This document shows positions 1-5,441 of a DNA stretch of 5,441 nucleotides, in pieces. Each line of letters opens with the position of its first letter. Position 1 is the first letter of the stretch. This stretch comes from Tubiluchus corallicola (lineage: Eukaryota > Animalia > Priapulida). The stretch is taken from NCBI GenBank assembly GCA_030141605.1, contig JAQGDQ010002260.1:1-5441 (forward strand). The letters run 5' to 3'. The position numbers and the translations under genes were made by a program. The notes beneath the pieces are model-generated. The model did not search any database and had not been told where the DNA came from. It saw only the letters and a list, made by a program, of their open reading frames with translations.

Positions 1-2
1 GG

Positions 3-275
3 CTTTAAAGCAGAAAGGTAGTTATTACCGAGTAGAAAATCTGTAGGTAACTTTGAGCTCACACTCACAGTAAGGATGCCGGAAAAACCAGGACCCTCAA
101 TTTCAATCTCTGCAGGAAAGCAAGTGCTTAGATCGCCGCAAATACAAGTGAGTTGCTGAGGTGATTTATCTAAATATTGGTCAGGCTGCACAAACCTCGA
201 ATTCACCATAGAAACAGAGGCGCCTGTATCACGGACGCAATCGGCATGCAACCCATTAATGAGAGCCTTGAAGCA
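3..275 (-). other. Retropepsin-type aspartic protease domain
   Basis: Catalytic (R)DTGA(S) at 230-219 is preceded by LING and followed by the LLGN motif at 35-24. The start boundary is approximate. Confidence 0.92.
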
Positions 276-1763
276 AACAGGTTCTGTCTGTCCTGGCACA
301 TGCCGCCATTGATTGTTAGCTAAGTCATCACTGTCAACCTCGCCGAATAATTGTTTTCCAGCGGAAGTAGATCCAGCAGCTTTGAGACTTGCCTCCGTAT
401 TAAGGTTTGCACGACATTCATTCCGTTTGTGCCCGGCCCTGCCACAACGATAACACTGTATCCGTGTGCTCTTTATTGTATTGCCACCTCCACCACCTTT
501 ATTTTCTTTGGAGCGCTGACTGGATTGGGTAGATCTATTGTAACGACGCGAAACCAGAGTACTCCTTTCATGTGGTGTTACCAAGTTTGCAGCCACGTAT
601 CGATCTGCGCGTTCCGTAAGTTCTTCTAATTTCAGAAGAGTTTTCCTCCTTAGCCATGCCGCCAAGTCGTTCGGCATCAAGGAAAGTATCTGTTCAACTG
701 CGTCAATTTGACAAACTCCCTCATAGGTAGAAACACCGAGAGCTTTGTGATAATCTCGCAGGCTACTATCCAGCCTGCGACCGAGTTGAGTATAGCTTTC
801 ATTTTTCAGTTTGCTAATACTTCGGAATCTTTCCAAGTACATATCAGGACTGAGAATGTAAGCACCAAGCAACGCCTTACGTAATGCATCATAATTTCGC
901 AAACTGTCTGCTGGCAATTGCTGAAACGCATCAGCAGCCCTGCCAGTCAATGCTGGCCCCAGGCAGGCTGCCCAAGATGTCTTAGGAATATCATTGGCAA
1001 CCGCACAAGACTCGAACCAATCCAAGTACTTCTGAATATCATCCTTAGATTCTTCATATGTCCGGACTTTAAAATGCCTGATCTTATCAGCAGCAGAATC
1101 TAAAGTTGAAGTATTAGGGTTAGAGAAGGAGATATTATGTGCGGGGGACGACCTAAGTTCTTGACGTCTCAATTCGACTTGAGCCATCTGTTGTTCATGT
1201 TCCATTCTCTTTATGGACACTTCAGCTTCAAGTTCCAATCGCCTAATTTCAAGTAAGGCTTGGGTTGTCTTCTCATCAGTAGTAGAAAGCGCTTCTAAAT
1301 TAATTGACGCAGTTTTACGACGCCTAGGAGTAGGCAAAGGTACACTATTTACATGCGTTGGCACCGAGACCGGATCTAGCAGGGGCTTTTCGGCAGCAAT
1401 GGTTCGCACCCCTGTTGTAGCGAAATGAAGCGGCTTGCGCTTGACACTAGTATCCTCTCGTTCACTTAAAGCGGCTGTAGCGGGTAGGGGCAGCTCCATG
1501 TCATTATCCGAGAGAGAACCCTCCTCTGACATGCGATCCAGTTGATCCAGTGGATCTTTCATCTCACCACCTTCTGGATTTTCCAAGTCCGCCCTAGTTT
1601 CCGCTCCCTCTTCGGGAAGCCCTGCTGCTTTAAAAATTGTAGTAATCAACTTCGCTCTCGTAGTTCGTGGGTCAACCAGGAGCAAATGCTCTGCAACGAT
1701 ATCTTGCAATTGTTTCTTGCTAAGGGAAACTAATTGTGACAGTTTATATCGTTTCTCAGACAT
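3..1763 (-). CDS. gag-pol: Gag-protease(-Pol) polyprotein, N-terminal 587 aa, continuing past the left edge
   Basis: Manual translation from ATG at 1763-1761 gives MSEKRYKLSQLVSLSKKQLQDIVAEHLL...DDIQKYLDWFESCAVANDIPKTSWAACLGPALTGRAADAF...NYDALRKALLGAY...CYRCGRAGHKRNEC...CVRDTGASVSMV...DFLLGNNYLSALK with no stop or frameshift to position 3. Confidence 0.96.
   Translation of the reverse strand, partial: MSEKRYKLSQLVSLSKKQLQDIVAEHLLLVDPRTTRAKLITTIFKAAGLPEEGAETRADLENPEGGEMKDPLDQLDRMSEEGSLSDNDMELPLPATAALSEREDTSVKRKPLHFATTGVRTIAAEKPLLDPVSVPTHVNSVPLPTPRRRKTASINLEALSTTDEKTTQALLEIRRLELEAEVSIKRMEHEQQMAQVELRRQELRSSPAHNISFSNPNTSTLDSAADKIRHFKVRTYEESKDDIQKYLDWFESCAVANDIPKTSWAACLGPALTGRAADAFQQLPADSLRNYDALRKALLGAYILSPDMYLERFRSISKLKNESYTQLGRRLDSSLRDYHKALGVSTYEGVCQIDAVEQILSLMPNDLAAWLRRKTLLKLEELTERADRYVAANLVTPHERSTLVSRRYNRSTQSSQRSKENKGGGGGNTIKSTRIQCYRCGRAGHKRNECRANLNTEASLKAAGSTSAGKQLFGEVDSDDLANNQWRHVPGQTEPVCFKALINGLHADCVRDTGASVSMVNSRFVQPDQYLDKSPQQLTCICGDLSTCFPAEIEIEGPGFSGILTVSVSSKLPTDFLLGNNYLSALK
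414..455 (-). other. CCHC zinc knuckle (nucleocapsid), single copy
   Basis: CYRCGRAGHKRNEC fits CX2CX4HX4C (aa 437-450). Confidence 0.96.
594..851 (-). other. SCAN-like C-terminal capsid domain within Gag
   Basis: SPDMYLERFRSISKLKNESYTQLGRRLDSSLRDY...AVEQILSLMPNDLAAWLRRKTLLKLEELTERADRYV resembles, by eye, the SCAN pattern (P...rqRFR...LEQFL.iLP.el.aWv....p...ee....a). SCAN domains are known to derive from Gmr1-like Gag. Confidence 0.8.
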
Positions 1764-2469
1764 TATTGAAACAATAATTAAATTCAAGCCTGAAAACGAA
1801 AATGCAATTAGCTACGGGTTATAGTTTGATAGGTTTTCCCTAATTTTCCACTTCTCACGCCTCCACACACTCTTGCACTCAAACACAAAGAGAAACGTTT
1901 TTTAACTCTATTTCTTGTTAACGAGCTTCAACCCGTACAATTAAACTGGAGTTTTTGAGCGTAGGCCTTTAGTACCAAATGTATTGGCCAGAATTTTGTA
2001 TGCGCAAAGTAAATTTAAAAAGCTATAAACGCTTAGAACAAGCAACAGAGAAGCCAGGTAAACATGCAGCATGTATACTTCCTGCCAACGAAGCTTTTTC
2101 TATATTTAGTTTGCGAAGAAACTGGACTTATGCCAAATTTTCAATAACGTCCTATGTAAACCTGACTAGACACCAGAATACAGTTAGGGAACAATATCTA
2201 GGTTAAACTGCAAAATATTGATTTAACTGGTGTACCTACAAAGTTTAAATAGAAAAACTGTTGTAACTACTATTTTCTGCCCGGTTTTTCACTTTTCGTT
2301 TAAGTAAAGCTGAATCGTTTATCACACGGACAAAAATATTTCCTACTAGTAGTTAATGAAAGAAATTAACATTTCCGTGGCATTTGTTTAGCTCACACTG
2401 TATAACCAAGACTTGTACAAAACGGATGAAGATATCAACTCAAGTTGATATTAGACACGACAAAAAACG
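1764..2469 (-). other. 5' leader between PBS and gag ATG (706 nt, AT-rich)
   Basis: Lies between the PBS and the first ATG of the long ORF. It has no long minus-strand ORF and contains several short inverted repeats. Confidence 0.8.
1789..1812 (-). promoter_or_regulatory. Candidate 3' splice acceptor 26 nt upstream of the gag ATG
   Basis: Minus strand GCTAATTGCATTTTCGTTTTCAG|G contains a branch-point-like CTAAT (1811-1807), a pyrimidine tract and CAG|G. Confidence 0.55.
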
Positions 2470-2479
2470 TCTGACACCA
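2470..2479 (-). promoter_or_regulatory. Primer binding site, probably tRNA-Leu
   Basis: Minus strand TGGTGTCAGA lies 1 nt after the LTR-terminal CA and is complementary to the ...UCUGACACCA 3' end of metazoan tRNA-Leu(CAA/CAG), recalled from memory. The match appears to stop at about 10 nt. Confidence 0.85.
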
Positions 2480-2779
2480 GTGTAACATTCGGGTCACGAA
2501 ATTCCTTGCTAGCCCAACTGGGGCTCGAACTTGGGTCGGGCATCTTAAATCAAGATGGATTGCTGAACGGGTTGGTGACTCCAAATGTTAAAGAGCAGCA
2601 ATAATTGTTTAAATTCTAAGGCAGTTACAAGCTCAGGAGGGGTCGGTCTGTCCTAAAGTACAGAGAATGGGCCAATGGTGATACAGTGTGAACGGGAACA
2701 GTGAACACAACAAAGTATAAATAAACAAACTGTTTGCCATAGGTTTAACATTTTAATTGGCATAATTAATTAATTAATT

Positions 2780-2842
2780 CAAAACAATAAACAAAAAGAA
2801 CTCACAACTTGCACCAGAGCAGCGGGGTACCCCTCATTTAAT
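2780..2842 (-). terminator. Candidate LTR polyadenylation signal (equivalent site at 3956-4018)
   Basis: Minus strand ATTAAA (2842-2837), a CA about 26 nt later, then a GT/T-rich tract TTGTGAGTTCTTTTTGTTTATTGTTTTG. I found no minus-strand AATAAA in the LTR. Confidence 0.4.
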
Positions 2843-3258
2843 AACAGTCTGCTAGCGTTTCACGTAGCGGGACGTCTCCCGTAAAGTTCCGGGTTTCACA
2901 CACTTAGGTGGCTGGAATCACTTTGCTAACAGTCTTGTCGACAACGGCGACCACATCAATGTCCCACTCGCTTGACTGGCTTAATGAGATTAGCGGACGA
3001 TGACAGACCACCAGGATTCTTCTAACGACGTCTCCTCCTAATGAGTCAGGTACCAGGCTTTCAGAATATATTAGAAGTCTACTTTTTGTGTCGTCTTGGT
3101 TGAAAACTCCACCATCATGGAAGCATACCCATCACAGGAAAATGTCATTTGCCAAATACTAGACGTATGGCTCACGTTCTGTCTACTCAAGATAAATGAA
3201 TGGTAGTGTGAACAATTCAATTCACGTAGCTATTGCAGTTGATTGTATCATGAAGTTG

Positions 3259-3422
3259 ATTATAAAAGTATCCGAAGTGACGTCTTGTCGGCCAACGCCC
3301 CGACAAAGACAAAATCAATTGGCCTTTTAGCTGAGTCGGCCATTTAACAACTATATCGTAACCTCCTGGAATAATCTGCACTTCTCAAGTCATACCTGTC
3401 GTGACCCAGTTAATCATCCAAT
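3259..3422. promoter_or_regulatory. Candidate U3 promoter cluster (equivalent region at 4435-4598)
   Basis: CCAAT boxes at 3418-3422 (+) and 3322-3318 (-), CRE-like TGACGTC at 3278-3284, and a TATA-like site at 3259-3268. Short motifs only. Confidence 0.3.
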
Positions 3423-3656
3423 CACAGCGGTACTATAGGTATGAGATCATGAAGCCAGAATTTAGTCCAAAAAGTTGAACCGTAACGTTTCTTTGTTGAA
3501 CTCCCAATAGGTGGAGCCACCAGTTTATAACGTTTACCAAATTCGGTTAATTAGTTATTAATGACAGGTTCAATACAATACATTTCAAATGCCACGTAAA
3601 CGTGTTATTACAGTTAAATGACTATTCGTTTTAATCTGCTAAACACGACCGTGACA

Positions 3657-4832
3657 TGTAACATTCGGGTCACGAAATTCCTTGCTAGCCCAACTGGGGC
3701 TCGAACTTGGGTCGGGCATCTTAAATCAAGATGGATTGCTGAACGGGTTGGTGACTCCAAATGTTAAAGAGCAGCAATAATTGTTTAAATTCTAAGGCAG
3801 TTACAAGCGCAGGAGGGGTCGGTCTGTCCTAAAGTACAGAGAATGGGCCAATGGTGATACAGTGTGAACGGGAACAGTGAACACAACAAAGTATAAATAA
3901 ACAAACTGTTTGCCATAGGTTTAACATTTTAATTGGCATAATTAATTAATTAATTCAAAACAATAAACAAAAAGAACTCACAACTTGCACCAGAGCAGCG
4001 GGGTACCCCTCATTTAATAACAGTCTGCTAGCGTTTCACGTAGCGGGACGTCTCCCGTAAAGTTCCGGGTTTCACACACTTAGGTGGCTGGAATCACTTT
4101 GCTAACAGTCTTGTCGACAACGGCGACCGCATCAATGTCCCACTCGCTTGACTGGCTTAATGAGATTAGCGGACGATGACAGACCACCAGGATTCTTCTA
4201 ACGACGTCTCCTCCTAATGAGTCAGGTACCAGGCTTTCAGAATATATTAGAAGTCTACTTTTTGTGTCGTCTTGGTTGAAAACTCCACCATCATGGAAGC
4301 ATACCCATCACAGGAAAATGTCATTTGCCAAATACTAGACGTATGGCTCACGTTCTGTCTACTCAAGATAAATGAATGGTAGTGTGAACAATTCAATTCA
4401 CGTAGCTATTGCAGTTGATTGTATCATGAAGTTGATTATAAAAGTATCCGAAGTGACGTCTTGTCGGCCAACGCCCCGACAAAGACAAAATCAATTGGCC
4501 TTTTAGCTGAGTCGGCCATTTAACAACTATATCGTAACCTCCTGGAATAATCTGCACTTCTCAAGTCATACCTGTCGTGACCCAGTTAATCATCCAATCA
4601 CAGCGGTACTATAGGTATGAGATCATGAAGCCAGAATTTAGTCCAAAAAGTTGAACCGTAACGTTTCTTTGTTGAACTCCCAATAGGTGGAGCCACCAGT
4701 TTATAACGTTTACCAAATTCGGTTAATTAGTTATTAATGACAGGTTCAATACAATACATTTCAAATGCCACGTAAACGTGTTATTACAGTTAAATGACTA
4801 TTCGTTTTAATCTGCTAAACACGACCGTGACA
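3657..4832 (-). repeat. LTR copy 2 (1176 bp), in the 3' LTR position next to the PPT
   Basis: Identical to 2481-3656 except T2633/G3809 and A2953/G4129 (manual comparison). It is preceded on the minus strand by the PPT. Confidence 0.96.
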
Positions 4833-4835
4833 GAG

Positions 4836-4843
4836 CTCCCCCC
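4836..4843 (-). promoter_or_regulatory. Polypurine tract (plus-strand primer)
   Basis: Minus strand reads TTCTTT-GGGGGGAG-CTC-TGTCAC, a T-run then a G-rich purine run 3 nt before the LTR start. Confidence 0.8.
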
Positions 4844-5366
4844 AAAGAATATATCCCATATACTTCTTTAATAACAGACATGATTATAACAAAGTCATTT
4901 AAATGCGCAAGTAATAACACATAATATCACAAAAGCATATTTATGCCAAACCAATACAAGATTGACCGAGTCAGTAATTAATCATTCAATTAACATTCAG
5001 AACAACAAGGATATAAAGGAACATCAAACTTTAACTTCGGGTATAACTGAAATTGGGTTGACTTTTCCTTTAAACTAAACACATTACCCGAGTCTACTTC
5101 GTATTAAACGGAAAAGAAATATGGCTGATGTATGATCATTGACGAACTGCATTAATATTAATAAAAATGCTATTTTCCCATAGATAATAATAGCTTCCCT
5201 GCTAACGAATAAGCAGAGTCATTAAATAAATGATAAAAATTCTCATGAAAAAACAAGGGTTTATCCAACCATTGGTGAAAATTAACCCACTGACATGAGA
5301 TAAATGATTTAAATTCTTTTTTTTTAAATCACCAAAGAAAAGGGTATTTATAACGCAAATGCATGT
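4844..5366 (-). other. 3' UTR between pol stop and PPT (no env or integrase ORF)
   Basis: AT-rich, 523 nt, no ORF in the supplied track, and too short for a full integrase or env. Confidence 0.8.
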
Positions 5367-5441
5367 TTATAGACGGCTTAATGCATCTGCCACCAAATTT
5401 TGTGAACCTGCCACATGATCAACTGTGAATGCAAATTCACT
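5367..5441 (-). CDS. pol: C-terminus of Pol (end of the Ty3/Gypsy RNase H domain), partial
   Basis: Translates as SEFAFTVDHVAGSQNLVADALSRL* (TAA at 5369-5367), matching the conserved F.i.h..G..N..ADALSR end of Ty3/Gypsy RNase H. Confidence 0.92.
   Translation of the reverse strand, partial: SEFAFTVDHVAGSQNLVADALSRL

Larger units (their letters stand above)
2481..3656 (-). repeat. LTR copy 1 (1176 bp), in the 5' LTR position next to the PBS
   Basis: Minus strand reads TGTCAC...GTTACA (imperfect 6-bp terminal inverted repeat). It is a direct repeat of 3657-4832 and is followed after 1 nt by the PBS. Confidence 0.96.
1..5441 (-). mobile_element. Ty3/Gypsy LTR retrotransposon, Gmr1-like; window spans pol 3' end - PPT - LTR - LTR - PBS - gag/protease
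   Basis: TG...CA LTRs, PBS, PPT, a Gag with SCAN-like capsid and CCHC knuckle, an aspartic protease and an RNase H C-terminus all lie in the same (minus) orientation. The clade call is inferred from RNase H being the terminal domain and from the SCAN-like Gag. Confidence 0.93.

Noticed and set aside
1535-1556. 9-bp tandem repeat GATCCAGT(T/G) in gag
   Set aside because: A trivial in-frame micro-duplication (DPLDQLD) in a low-complexity linker.
351-1733. Four plus-strand ORFs from the track (351-629, 918-1103, 1213-1428, 1542-1733)
   Set aside because: They are short antisense shadows of the gag-protease ORF, mostly with non-ATG starts and no recognisable motifs.
1979-2206. 75-aa plus-strand ORF in the leader
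   Set aside because: It is antisense to the element, has no recognisable domain, and its length is compatible with chance.
2500-2590. Complete tRNA gene in the LTR
   Set aside because: Only a T-loop and 3' acceptor-like fragment is present. I see no A-box, D-arm or paired acceptor stem.
2904-3131. 75-codon stop-to-stop open frame on the minus strand inside the LTR (WVCFHDGGVFNQDD...KVIPAT*)
   Set aside because: It has no ATG and no recognisable homology. It would be worth revisiting only if conserved across family members.
2481-4832. Interpretation as DIRS/Ngaro split direct repeats, satellite DNA or a CRISPR array
   Set aside because: TG...CA ends, flanking PBS and PPT, and an aspartic protease identify conventional LTRs. 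There is no short repeat-spacer periodicity.
5124-5150. CTGATG...GACGAAC, resembling a hammerhead ribozyme core
   Set aside because: It lacks the required CUGANGA and GAAA boxes and convincing stems, and I saw no hammerhead core in the LTRs, so a retrozyme is not supported.
5306-5330. GATTTAAA...TTTAAATC inverted repeat with a T-run, resembling a terminator
   Set aside because: It is a weak AT-rich stem in a eukaryotic 3' UTR and is expected by chance at this composition.

Overview
This is a eukaryotic (most likely metazoan) Ty3/Gypsy LTR retrotransposon on the minus strand. The supplied ORF track misses both real coding regions because they run off the window edges. Read along the minus strand (right to left), the window contains: the last 24 codons of Pol, ending in the RNase H motif ADALSRL-stop (5367-5441); a ~520-nt 3' UTR; a polypurine tract; two 1176-bp TG...CA LTRs joined head-to-tail with no spacer and no target-site duplication (3657-4832 and 2481-3656, two substitutions apart by my manual comparison); a tRNA-Leu-type PBS; a ~700-nt leader; and an uninterrupted Gag-protease ORF of at least 587 codons (1763 to the left edge) with a SCAN-like capsid, a CCHC knuckle and a DTGA protease motif. 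RNase H as the last Pol domain plus a SCAN-like Gag indicates the Gmr1-like clade. The main oddity is the PPT-LTR-LTR-PBS junction, which could be a 2-LTR circle, a head-to-tail dimer or an in-silico circularisation. Secondary observations are a candidate leader intron that would remove the PBS, a tRNA-Lys-like fragment in the LTR, and a SAP/LEM/Rho-N-like motif at the Gag N-terminus.
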